Virus record (IMG/VR): IMGVR_UViG_2744054675_000005
Location: 1-6,961 of that record
Source: a virus
Taxonomy: Duplodnaviria; Heunggongvirae; Uroviricota; Caudoviricetes
Reading direction: 5' to 3' (one strand)
Length of the DNA stretch: 6,961 bases
Part shown: in pieces, positions 1 to 6,162 of the stretch
Layout of the letters: each line of letters starts with the position of its first letter
How positions within the stretch are numbered: the stretch's first letter is position 1
Notes under the pieces: generated by a model
The model's input: the letters and a program-made list of their open reading frames with translations, nothing else
Told to the model about the DNA's origin: nothing
Databases searched by the model: none
Made by a program: the position numbers and the translations under genes

Positions 1-1108
1 CCAGTTGCAGGGAAGAGTATCTGCTATAAGAAAAATCACATACGTAATACCCTTCTGGCATATATGCAGCAACACTTTCCTCATCAGGAGCACATCCGGT
101 ATGATATGCACTAATTTTTGCACCAAAGCTACCATGAATTCCAACGTAGAACTTTCGAGCACCTGAATACGGATAGAAATTAAGTTCAGCTTTTTGAGTT
201 ACAATAAATGCACAAACATCGCTATCATCTCTATTTTCTTCAATCTGAATAGCAAATACAGGACTTTTTGCTGCATCGCAAATGTAAAATAAATATTTGT
301 ATTCGTAATACGTCCTAACAGTTTTAGTAAACAAACTGGTATCAGAGAAAACCACTGAGTCTTCTGATATTATTTTAATCCATGATAAGTCACATCCTGC
401 TGAAATTTCTATTTGCTCATTGAGCACAAAACCGGAAAGAATTTTAATTATGCAAAAATCAATGCCATTTTTCCATAGTGGACGCAGTGCAACAGCTGAG
501 TTTAGAGCATCACTAATAGATTTAAAATTACCATATTCCCCAACTGTTATTGTGAATGCATACCTGGAATTAAATACTGCGGCACTCTCTCCAGAGTTAA
601 TAGCTGCAGATATCATGTCATAATTTGATATAAAATCATTTGGCGTGATTATTTCTGCGTTTTTATTGTGCTGTGTTCTAAGTTTTGAATTTACATAAAC
701 ACTTTTAACTGCAATACGGGAGTCGTCAACAAGTATTTCATTACCCTCTGTTGCTAACTCTTGTCTTAACTGATCCGGGTCATACTTCAGCACATTCGGA
801 AAATAGAACTGCTGCACACCGTACGCATCATAAACAGCCATAGAATGGCCCTGTACAGTAACGAATTTGGCAATCTGTCCGTTATATACCGGATATCCAG
901 CAGCGTTAATGATGATTGGTTGCGAAACAGGAACGTGAGATCCATCTTCGTTCTCTACATAAACCTGAATCTGGTTTTCAGGATTTACCGGGTCAGTGTC
1001 AATTTTACCGATATAAATTTTGCCATTAGCTACGGCTTTAAAAGAACGCGCCATAGTGAAGAGTTGCGAAGGCATCGATACGATCACATTGGCTGTAATG
1101 TCTGTCAT
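1..1108 (-). CDS. Tailspike protein, 5' portion (3' end lies beyond the window start). Conserved P22-type N-terminal head-binding domain followed by a divergent receptor-binding domain.
   Basis: Hand translation of the minus strand from ATG at 1108..1106 gives [113 protein letters not shown]..., which closely matches the P22 gp9 N-terminus as I recall it ([11 protein letters not shown]...[34 protein letters not shown]...[12 protein letters not shown]...NVLKYDPDQ). I scanned this frame triplet by triplet and found no stop codon from 1108 down to position 2. SD GGAG lies 8 nt upstream (complement of 1117..1120). Not in the ORF track, presumably because its stop is outside the window. Confidence 0.85.
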   Translation of the reverse strand, partial: MTDITANVIVSMPSQLFTMARSFKAVANGKIYIGKIDTDPVNPENQIQVYVENEDGSHVPVSQPIIINAAGYPVYNGQIAKFVTVQGHSMAVYDAYGVQQFYFPNVLKYDPDQLRQELATEGNEILVDDSRIAVKSVYVNSKLRTQHNKNAEIITPNDFISNYDMISAAINSGESAAVFNSRYAFTITVGEYGNFKSISDALNSAVALRPLWKNGIDFCIIKILSGFVLNEQIEISAGCDLSWIKIISEDSVVFSDTSLFTKTVRTYYEYKYLFYICDAAKSPVFAIQIEENRDDSDVCAFIVTQKAELNFYPYSGARKFYVGIHGSFGAKISAYHTGCAPDEESVAAYMPEGYYVCDFSYSRYSSLQL

Positions 1109-1165
1109 TTAATTTGCTCCAGATACAAGGAATCGCCGCAGCATGGCTACGGTGAATTTTGGGCA

Positions 1166-1190
1166 TAAAAAAACCCAGCCGAAGCTGGGT
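1166..1190 (-). terminator. Rho-independent terminator downstream of ant
   Basis: Minus-strand RNA reads ACCCAGC-UUCG-GCUGGGU followed by UUUUUUU: a 7-bp GC-rich stem (1173..1179 with 1184..1190), a UUCG tetraloop, and a U7 tract (plus-strand A run 1166..1172). It lies between the ant stop (1209) and the tailspike start (1108). Confidence 0.7.
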
Positions 1191-1208
1191 CGTTGCGTTG
1201 GTTATCTG

Positions 1209-2111
1209 TCAGTAGTTATGTGCTGAAGGAGGTAATTCTTTATTCTTAAGTCTCATCCATGCGGAAAGATTCGTTGGTCCGTCTGGCTCATTAATATCAA
1301 CATCTCGTGTGTGGTTTATTAAAACGTCTCTCGCCATTCCGATAACATACGAGAATTCATGACCGTAGTCGTAGCATCTGCCGGAATAGTTCGATTGAAT
1401 TTGTTTTAATGCCGGATACAGTTCGCGGAATAATGCCTGTGAACGGTTAGCATAATCCCATAGCCATACAAGGCTGTTTGCTTCTTTTGCAGAAAGCTCG
1501 TTGGTTTTCTTCTCTTGTTTGCCAATGAGCTCACCTTCAAGCACTACCCTGTGGATGTACTCTACTGCTTGCGGTATCTGAGATGCATCAAGCTCTTCAA
1601 TACTTTCCACATTGAAACGCTGATGAATCATTGCATAAGCTTCTGGGTACATTAGATGCTTTTTGCTGACCAGCATATTTACAGCATCACGAAGCGGAGT
1701 CCTGTCATCAACAGATGTTTTCTTACGTGCATTTTCTTCCTTTCCCTTTGTCCAGTAGTCATGCAGCACAGTAAAGCATTCTTCCTGGTACTGAATAAGT
1801 TTATCGCGGATGTCAGCACGAACTTTCTCAGGGTTGATGCTGAACAGCCATCCATTTAACTTCTTCAAAGGAAGGCAGAGTAGCTTACGAAGCTTCCCAT
1901 CAGCGGCAACCATGTTCATATGAACACAGTTGAATTTGCTAATCTGCTTCATGAGTTTTGTTTGCTGCGTTGACCAGCTCATTCCAAGGTTTTCAACGAT
2001 TGGCTTCATCGCAACATATGCAACTCCGGCAGCCATGGCGGTGATAATTTGCTGACCGTTGAATGGTACGTAAGAGGTGTTCACTGCTTCTAAAATTGCT
2101 ATACTATTCAT
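1209..2111 (-). CDS. ant: Antirepressor Ant (300 aa)
   Basis: The ORF track lists 1209..2141, but position 2141 is a TTG. The ATG at 2111..2109 has SD GGAGA (complement of 2121..2125) 9 nt upstream and gives exactly 300 aa beginning [53 protein letters not shown]..., which matches my recollection of P22 Ant (length and N-terminus). The position arc -> ant -> tailspike reproduces P22 immI synteny. Confidence 0.9.
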   Translation of the reverse strand: MNSIAILEAVNTSYVPFNGQQIITAMAAGVAYVAMKPIVENLGMSWSTQQTKLMKQISKFNCVHMNMVAADGKLRKLLCLPLKKLNGWLFSINPEKVRADIRDKLIQYQEECFTVLHDYWTKGKEENARKKTSVDDRTPLRDAVNMLVSKKHLMYPEAYAMIHQRFNVESIEELDASQIPQAVEYIHRVVLEGELIGKQEKKTNELSAKEANSLVWLWDYANRSQALFRELYPALKQIQSNYSGRCYDYGHEFSYVIGMARDVLINHTRDVDINEPDGPTNLSAWMRLKNKELPPSAHNY

Positions 2112-2185
2112 GTTGGTTTTTCTCCAAGGATTTACCGACAACCGAAGCCCTGACTGTTACCGCAGTTGGGGCTTCAACTTTTCAC
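2112..2185 (+). ncRNA. Candidate sar-like antisense RNA covering the ant ribosome-binding site
   Basis: A -10-like TATACT at 2100..2105 (inside the first codons of ant, plus strand) would start a transcript near 2112 that is antisense to the ant SD (2121..2125). It would end at a hairpin (gaagccc 2144..2150 pairs with gggcttc 2169..2175, with an inner actg/cagt stem) followed by the U-rich run aacttttcacttcttt. Size (about 70 nt) and position mirror P22 sar. The -35 is weak (tgttca 2078..2083). Confidence 0.35.
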
Positions 2186-2398
2186 TTCTTTAAAGTGCCT
2201 ACCTTCTACAGTTGCTCTGAGATAAAAATTCTTATCTTTACCGTTTAGTGCTTCCCAAGCATCAACAATGCACTTATTACAGATGTGGACTTCTCGATAA
2301 CCAATAGCTTTCCTGTCAATATTAGTGAACATAACAGCTTCTTTATCTGTCAATGTGGATGCATGACAGAAGTCGCAATCTATATAAGATACCTTCAT
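2174..2398 (-). CDS. Small Cys4 zinc-ribbon protein (74 aa) inserted between arc and ant
   Basis: ORF MKVSYIDCDFCHASTLTDKEAVMFTNIDRKAIGYREVHICNKCIVDAWEALNGKDKNFYLRATVEGRHFKEVKS carries two CxxC pairs (C8/C11 and C40/C43). Its ATG (2398..2396) overlaps the arc stop codon (GTATGA), with a G-rich SD-like stretch (GAGAGGGG) just upstream inside the 3' end of arc. Same strand and operon as arc and ant. Confidence 0.55.
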   Translation of the reverse strand: MKVSYIDCDFCHASTLTDKEAVMFTNIDRKAIGYREVHICNKCIVDAWEALNGKDKNFYLRATVEGRHFKEVKS

Positions 2399-2553
2399 AC
2401 CGTTATCCCCTCTCTCTTCAGGCTGTCCAACACTCGCTTGTAAATCTCAGAGTTAACAGATCGCCCGTTCTCTTCAGCTACCTTGCGCACCAAATCCAAT
2501 ACTTCTTTAGGCCACCGCAAATTGAACTGAGGCATTTTTCTTGCACCTTGCAT
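2395..2553 (-). CDS. arc: Arc repressor (52 aa, ribbon-helix-helix)
   Basis: Hand translation of the minus strand gives MQGARKMPQFNLRWPKEVLDLVRKVAEENGRSVNSEIYKRVLDSLKREGITV, near-identical to P22 Arc as I recall it (MKGMSKMPQFNLRWPREVLDLVRKVAEENGRSVNSEIYQRV...), including the DNA-contacting strand PQFNLRW. SD GGAG sits 6 nt upstream of ATG 2553. Missing from the ORF track because it is shorter than 61 aa. An in-frame upstream ATG at 2574 (MSEMELN-) has no SD and no counterpart in P22 Arc. Confidence 0.85.
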   Translation of the reverse strand: MQGARKMPQFNLRWPKEVLDLVRKVAEENGRSVNSEIYKRVLDSLKREGITV

Positions 2554-2577
2554 ATTCAACTCCATTTCACTCATTGA

Positions 2578-2590
2578 TAGTACCGTACTA
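2578..2590. promoter_or_regulatory. Perfect 13-bp palindrome TAGTAC-C-GTACTA; candidate Mnt-type operator at the Pant start site
   Basis: Positions 2578..2590 form a perfect inverted repeat around a central C. The core ACGGT (read on the minus strand) is shared with the centre of the P22 Mnt operator AGGTCCACGGTGGACCT as I recall it. It sits just downstream of the predicted Pant -10 and just upstream of the predicted Pmnt -35, the arrangement expected for an operator that represses Pant and autoregulates Pmnt. Confidence 0.5.
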
Positions 2591-2593
2591 CTA

Positions 2594-2622
2594 TTGAAAG
2601 CGTACTACTACCGTTCTAGCAT
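2594..2622 (+). promoter_or_regulatory. Candidate Pmnt promoter (-35 TTGAAA, 17-bp spacer, -10 TAGCAT)
   Basis: TTGAAA at 2594..2599 and TAGCAT at 2617..2622, followed by SD AAGGAG (2635..2640) and the GTG start of mnt at 2647. The spacer contains the second copy of the CGTACTACTA repeat (2601..2610; first copy 2584..2593). Confidence 0.4.
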
Positions 2623-2627
2623 GTCAA
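2599..2627 (-). promoter_or_regulatory. Candidate Pant promoter (-35 TTGACA; weak -10 TACGCT), overlapping and divergent from Pmnt
   Basis: The minus strand reads TTGACA (complement of 2622..2627), a 17-bp spacer, then TACGCT (complement of 2599..2604). The consensus -35 matches the P22 Pant layout TTGACA-operator-(-10). The -10 is a poor match, so the exact start site is uncertain. Confidence 0.4.
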
Positions 2628-2646
2628 CAAATAAAAGGAGAACGAC

Positions 2647-2889
2647 GTGGCTAGAAATGATCCACAATTCAACGTAAGAATGCCTGATGAGATAAAACAG
2701 CAACTTACGCATATTGCTGCAACAAATCGCCGCTCGATAAACGCAGAGATTATTTCAGCTATCGAACTATGGATAAAAATTCATAAAGGGCAGCTAATAC
2801 CTTCAAGTAGTCGAATCCTGACAAAGTCTGAGCAAGAGGCGTTTGATGTAGCTATTGATGTGTTAAAACGTGTAAGAGATGGAGGATAA
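2647..2889 (+). CDS. mnt: Mnt-like repressor (80 aa, ribbon-helix-helix, maintenance-of-lysogeny type)
   Basis: GTG start with SD AAGGAG 6 nt upstream. The protein MARNDPQFNVRMPDEIKQQLTHIAATNRRSINAEIISAIELWIKIHKGQL... resembles P22 Mnt (MARDDPHFNFRMPMEVREKL...ANGRSMNSELL...) as I recall it. Divergent from arc across a short shared control region, as in P22. Confidence 0.85.
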   Translation: MARNDPQFNVRMPDEIKQQLTHIAATNRRSINAEIISAIELWIKIHKGQLIPSSSRILTKSEQEAFDVAIDVLKRVRDGG

Positions 2890-2891
2890 CC

Positions 2892-3125
2892 ATGGAGCAA
2901 CAACAAGGGTCGCCATTATCATTGATTATTATGGTGATTTTTTTCGTTTTTATCTTTTTTATACCTGCGTTAAAAATATCCAAAAAGGCCGGTTTTGACT
3001 GGAAGATGGCTGTATGTTTAACAATCCCTGGCTTTAACGTGGTGGCGTGGCTCGCGCTTGCGTTCATGGATTGGCCAATTCACAAGTATCTACCAAAAGA
3101 TGTGAATCGTAAGGATGCAAAATGA
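2892..3125 (+). CDS. Small two-helix inner-membrane protein (77 aa), translationally coupled to mnt; function unknown, superinfection-exclusion candidate
   Basis: ATG at 2892 lies 2 nt after the mnt stop codon, with SD GGAGGA (2881..2886) inside the 3' end of mnt. The protein MEQQQGSPLSLIIMVIFFVFIFFIPALKISKKAGFDWKMAVCLTIPGFNVVAWLALAFMDWPIHKYLPKDVNRKDAK has two hydrophobic segments separated by a short basic loop. The region is AT-rich. Confidence 0.6.
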   Translation: MEQQQGSPLSLIIMVIFFVFIFFIPALKISKKAGFDWKMAVCLTIPGFNVVAWLALAFMDWPIHKYLPKDVNRKDAK

Positions 3126-3331
3126 ATAAAAAACAGCTTATTAAGTCAAAAACGTCAAGCAAGGAAGAATTAGAGAAGGAGCTAAACTCCCTGAAATATG
3201 CTCTGTGTCTGGTTTACTCAAGACTGCCAATGGAAGATAAAAACGCCATTTACAATGAAATGATTAGCAGCCTTGATTTTAACGATAGAGACCTAGCATC
3301 CCACCTCAACAGCTTCCGCGTCCCTGAGTAA
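3122..3331 (+). CDS. Hypothetical protein (69 aa), translationally coupled to the upstream membrane-protein gene
   Basis: Its ATG overlaps the upstream stop (ATGA at 3122..3125), with SD AAGGA about 7 nt upstream. The protein MNKKQLIKSKTSSKEELEKELNSLKYALCLVYSRLPMEDKNAIYNEMISSLDFNDRDLASHLNSFRVPE is charged and predicted helical. I recognise no family. Confidence 0.5.
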   Translation: MNKKQLIKSKTSSKEELEKELNSLKYALCLVYSRLPMEDKNAIYNEMISSLDFNDRDLASHLNSFRVPE

Positions 3332-3491
3332 TTCTGTTGCGGATTTGCTTCTTGCGGTGGTTTAAGCTGGAGAGCTTGGCTTCTGCTTCTGATATTTGCG
3401 CATCTAGATCTTTAAGCTCAAGATCTGAAAGTCGCTGGTCAAGCAGGGTTTGATTCAACTCAATGTTGTTCAGGCGTTCTTCTATGGTCAT
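3306..3491 (-). CDS. Hypothetical coiled-coil protein (61 aa), convergent with and overlapping the 3' end of the 69-aa ORF
   Basis: Strong SD on the minus strand (TAAGGAG, then 5 nt, then ATG at 3491..3489). The protein MTIEERLNNIELNQTLLDQRLSDLELKDLDAQISEAEAKLSSLNHRKKQIRNRITQGRGSC has a heptad-like Leu/Ile pattern. Its 3' end overlaps 3122..3331 by 26 nt on the opposite strand. Its start is only about 15 nt downstream of the terminator hairpin, so it has no obvious promoter of its own. Confidence 0.4.
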   Translation of the reverse strand: MTIEERLNNIELNQTLLDQRLSDLELKDLDAQISEAEAKLSSLNHRKKQIRNRITQGRGSC

Positions 3492-3504
3492 GATTTCTCC
3501 TTAT

Positions 3505-3536
3505 AAAAAACCCACCTGACGGTGGGTTTCATTTCT
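3505..3536. terminator. Bidirectional rho-independent terminator between the lipoprotein gene and the mnt-side accessory genes
   Basis: Stem cccacc (3511..3516) pairs with ggtggg (3521..3526) around loop tgac, extendable to 9 bp by A/T pairs. On the minus strand it is followed by UUUUUU-AU; on the plus strand by UUUCAUUUCUU. Confidence 0.65.
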
Positions 3537-3955
3537 TAATCTTGCTTCGTGGAAGGTATAAGAGATGCGTTTGCCTCTTTTGGCTTCAAGGTATACATCC
3601 CACCATTAAATGGATCAACAGCAAGCCAACCAATTAACCCACCAAACACAAGGTTTCCACCAATATACCAACCATTAGCATTGGCTTTGATTGGCAGGGT
3701 AACTGGTTCGTACCCATCCTTTTCCATAGTGATCTGGTAGCTCTTTTTGCCAAAATAACTACCATCTGACTTGGCAAGAGTTACTCCTTGTGGAGTTTTA
3801 CCTTGCGCAACAATCACACCTGATTCATCTTTTACCTTAAAGCTCGCACCAGAAGGATTGCTGTTCACTTGCACAAGTTGCGTTTCATCACCAACAATAG
3901 TTGCGCACCCAGATAACATGATAGCGCCAGCAACGACGCTAATAATCCTCTTCAT
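3536..3955 (-). CDS. Lipoprotein (139 aa from MKRIIS; the alternative ATG at 3967 adds MEID) with a PEGA-like beta domain and a Gly-rich C-terminal segment; sits in the sieA-equivalent position
   Basis: Signal peptide with lipobox MKRIISVVAGAIMLSG|C. The mature part SNPSGASFKVKDESGVIVAQGKTPQGVTL...YQITMEKDGYEPVTLPI fits the PEGA-domain pattern (P-x-G-A ... G-x-TP ... K-x-GY). C-terminal GWYIGGNLVFGGLIGWLAVDPFNGGMY. Located directly downstream of the large ejection-protein gene on the same strand. Confidence 0.8.
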   Translation of the reverse strand: MKRIISVVAGAIMLSGCATIVGDETQLVQVNSNPSGASFKVKDESGVIVAQGKTPQGVTLAKSDGSYFGKKSYQITMEKDGYEPVTLPIKANANGWYIGGNLVFGGLIGWLAVDPFNGGMYTLKPKEANASLIPSTKQD

Positions 3956-4050
3956 ATCAATTTCCATATCTAAAAAACCGGAAACATCCTAATGACAAAC
4001 TATTCAAATGTGAAGCACGAGATAAGATCAATCCATCCGTGGACGACTAA

Positions 4051-6162
4051 TTACTCCTGTGTCATTCCGCTTAGCGATGCCACAATCCCAGCCCTCGACA
4101 AACGCTGGAACTCTTCGTTTCCTAGTGCATCGCGAATTGCTTTTACGGCGGCCTTATTTGCCATAAATCTGCGTTCCGCCGCCGCTAATGCTTCTTTACT
4201 TCCGCCAGCTCTTACTGCTTTCGTGGCTTCCTGAACTGCTTTCTCTATCGCATATCGGCCGCTACGCGTGGTGGCAATTTTAGATACAGCACCTTTTAAC
4301 CCGGCGCCAACTAAAGCACCTGCGGCAGCGCCTGCAATGCCCCCTCCTGCTCCACCAACAATGGCACCTGATGTTGAGTTGGCAATTGCATTTAACACTG
4401 TTGATGTGACGTTGGATAAACCGGCATCCAGATCGCGTAGTACATTGGCAGTTCTCCCTGTTCTTTCAATATACTGCTGAGGTTTCACTGCTGCTCTTGC
4501 AAGAGTGCCATATGCATCAGCAATTCTTCCGAGTTCTGAGGAATATCTGCTAATGGCTTTTACATTTTGTGGGGTAAGTATCCCTGCGATATGGTTAATT
4601 CCTGCTGCATCAGCTTTGCCACCACGTACACCATGCGAGATAGCATCTTGCAACATTGATGATATAGCAGGAACACGCTCTGATTCTGGCAGCGCGCGGA
4701 TCATAGAATGGAACCCAGCAGGACCATTAAGACCTTTAGCTGACGATGATTGAAGGGATTTTACTCCATTCGTAATCAGTGCATCTGTTGCCAAATCACG
4801 CCCGAAAACAGACTCTGCACTCTCTTGTGCTGATAACCTCGCTTTAGACAGATCATTAGCTTTCTGCCAGTCATCAAGAAATCCGCCGTTTTCCGCCATT
4901 GTGCGCATATCATCAGTAATTGCCCGGCGTATTTCCCCTGCTCTCCTTGCCGCATTTGCCTCTCCGCTACGCTTATATTTTTGCTCCGCATCAGCAAATT
5001 TCGCTCTCCATGCTTTCATGCCATCAAATGTTACTCCACCTTGATTGTTTGCCTGAACAAACTGTTTCATTTCAGGAGTAAGCGGTATGCCAGCAGATCG
5101 CTCTGCCTGAATAACGGCATTACCATTTAGCATTCTTGCTTTTTGATTTGGCATTGTTGACCGCACGTCATCCCATGCCGCGCGCTCGGCATCCTTCATC
5201 TGATCAAGATTTTGAAGAATCCTTTGTTTTATAGCCGCACTTTTTTCTGATGCCGTTCCAGATGCGGCCCCAAATTCATCAAGGTTTCGACTTAACTTTG
5301 ATGATATTTCGTTAAATGCTGCCTGATGGGCGTCCTGAACAATTCCTGGTGTTGATGCCAATGCGCCTTCGGCTTGTGCAATTCCACGACTTCCAGATCG
5401 CATTCCTGGTGTTAATGCGTTTATATCAATTCCAGCAGACTCAGCCGCTTTTGCTACATCTTCGGACACATTAGCGGCCTGACTGGCAATTGACTGACGC
5501 CCAGCACCTGACTTTGCCATCCTGGAAACATCATTAGCAGAATTCAGTGCTGCACCACCAAGAGCCTGTGAAACCCTTGGCGCAATAACGCGCCCGACAC
5601 CTGAAAGAACGCCTTGAGCACCAATATTGATACCACCGTTAATGGCAGCATTTTGTGCAAAGTCGCCCTCCTGATTTGCAGCATCAGCAAGAGAACCTGC
5701 AATCATGTTTCCTGCGGAACCGATATCTCCAGCGAGCTTTGCTGGCGCTCCAGCAGCTTTTGCCGCTGTGCCAATTGGCAGGAGATACCCACCAATTGTT
5801 TCACCGGCTTGCGCATAAGGGTCTGTCGGTCGATCGACTGGACGATAGACATCATCCAAAACCTTGGGGCCACCAAGCCCCTGGCTGATTGCATTAATCA
5901 GACTTGCGCCACCCTGCAATACGTCAAATGGTATGTTTACCAGACCACGGCCAGCCTGTTCTGCAATTTGCCCTGCGCTTTGACCACCAGTGAGCCAGTC
6001 AGTGGCTTTTCCTACCAGAGATTGTTCTTCTGGCTGCGATTGGTTTTGAGTGGATTGATCACCAGAAGACAGCATCTGAGCAATGCGACGTGCTCCCTCA
6101 GTATCACCGGCAGCATCAGCATTCCTTAACGCCGTCATCAACTGTTCGCGACTATAGGCCAT
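4051..6162 (-). CDS. Virion ejection (DNA-transfer) protein, P22 gp16-like by position (703 aa)
   Basis: Long GC-rich ORF with SD GGAGGG. Its start is coupled to the upstream ORF through a TAATG stop/start overlap at 6160..6164. It is the last large gene before the sieA/mnt region, which is where gene 16 sits in P22. The protein is Ala/Gly/Gln-rich and has a glycine-zipper-like hydrophobic stretch [27 protein letters not shown] (about 4288..4368). Function is assigned by synteny and composition only. Confidence 0.7.
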   Translation of the reverse strand: MAYSREQLMTALRNADAAGDTEGARRIAQMLSSGDQSTQNQSQPEEQSLVGKATDWLTGGQSAGQIAEQAGRGLVNIPFDVLQGGASLINAISQGLGGPKVLDDVYRPVDRPTDPYAQAGETIGGYLLPIGTAAKAAGAPAKLAGDIGSAGNMIAGSLADAANQEGDFAQNAAINGGINIGAQGVLSGVGRVIAPRVSQALGGAALNSANDVSRMAKSGAGRQSIASQAANVSEDVAKAAESAGIDINALTPGMRSGSRGIAQAEGALASTPGIVQDAHQAAFNEISSKLSRNLDEFGAASGTASEKSAAIKQRILQNLDQMKDAERAAWDDVRSTMPNQKARMLNGNAVIQAERSAGIPLTPEMKQFVQANNQGGVTFDGMKAWRAKFADAEQKYKRSGEANAARRAGEIRRAITDDMRTMAENGGFLDDWQKANDLSKARLSAQESAESVFGRDLATDALITNGVKSLQSSSAKGLNGPAGFHSMIRALPESERVPAISSMLQDAISHGVRGGKADAAGINHIAGILTPQNVKAISRYSSELGRIADAYGTLARAAVKPQQYIERTGRTANVLRDLDAGLSNVTSTVLNAIANSTSGAIVGGAGGGIAGAAAGALVGAGLKGAVSKIATTRSGRYAIEKAVQEATKAVRAGGSKEALAAAERRFMANKAAVKAIRDALGNEEFQRLSRAGIVASLSGMTQE

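Noticed and set aside
420-1168. Plus-strand ORFs 420..623 and 845..1168
   Set aside because: Both lie antisense to the tailspike reading frame, whose conserved N-terminal domain is unambiguous. 845..1168 also runs through the ant terminator.
1209-2141. ORF-track start for ant at 2141 (310 aa)
   Set aside because: Position 2141 is a TTG with no SD. The ATG at 2111 has a GGAGA SD and yields the 300-aa length and [11 protein letters not shown]-terminus expected of P22-type Ant.
1656-2248. Plus-strand ORFs 1656..1859 and 2063..2248
   Set aside because: Antisense to ant and to the Zn-ribbon ORF. The second overlaps the proposed sar-like region but has no SD, and its sequence is low-complexity Leu/Phe-rich.
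2395-2574. Longer arc reading frame starting at the upstream in-frame ATG at 2574 (MSEMELN-MQGARK...)
   Set aside because: No SD before 2574, whereas GGAG precedes the ATG at 2553, and P22 Arc aligns from the downstream Met. The extension would also place the 13-bp palindrome only 4 nt upstream of the start codon, inside the leader where an SD should be.
2353-2577. Plus-strand 74-aa ORF from the track
   Set aside because: Lies antisense to the well-supported arc gene and to the start of the Zn-ribbon ORF. No SD and no recognisable features.
2852-3067. Minus-strand 71-aa ORF
   Set aside because: Antisense to the mnt 3' end and the coupled membrane-protein gene; no SD. The plus-strand genes have clear coupling signals.
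3549-3992. Plus-strand ORFs 3549..3740 and 3771..3992
   Set aside because: Antisense to the lipoprotein gene, which has a textbook signal peptide and lipobox. Their Pro/Ser-rich composition is typical of antisense frames.
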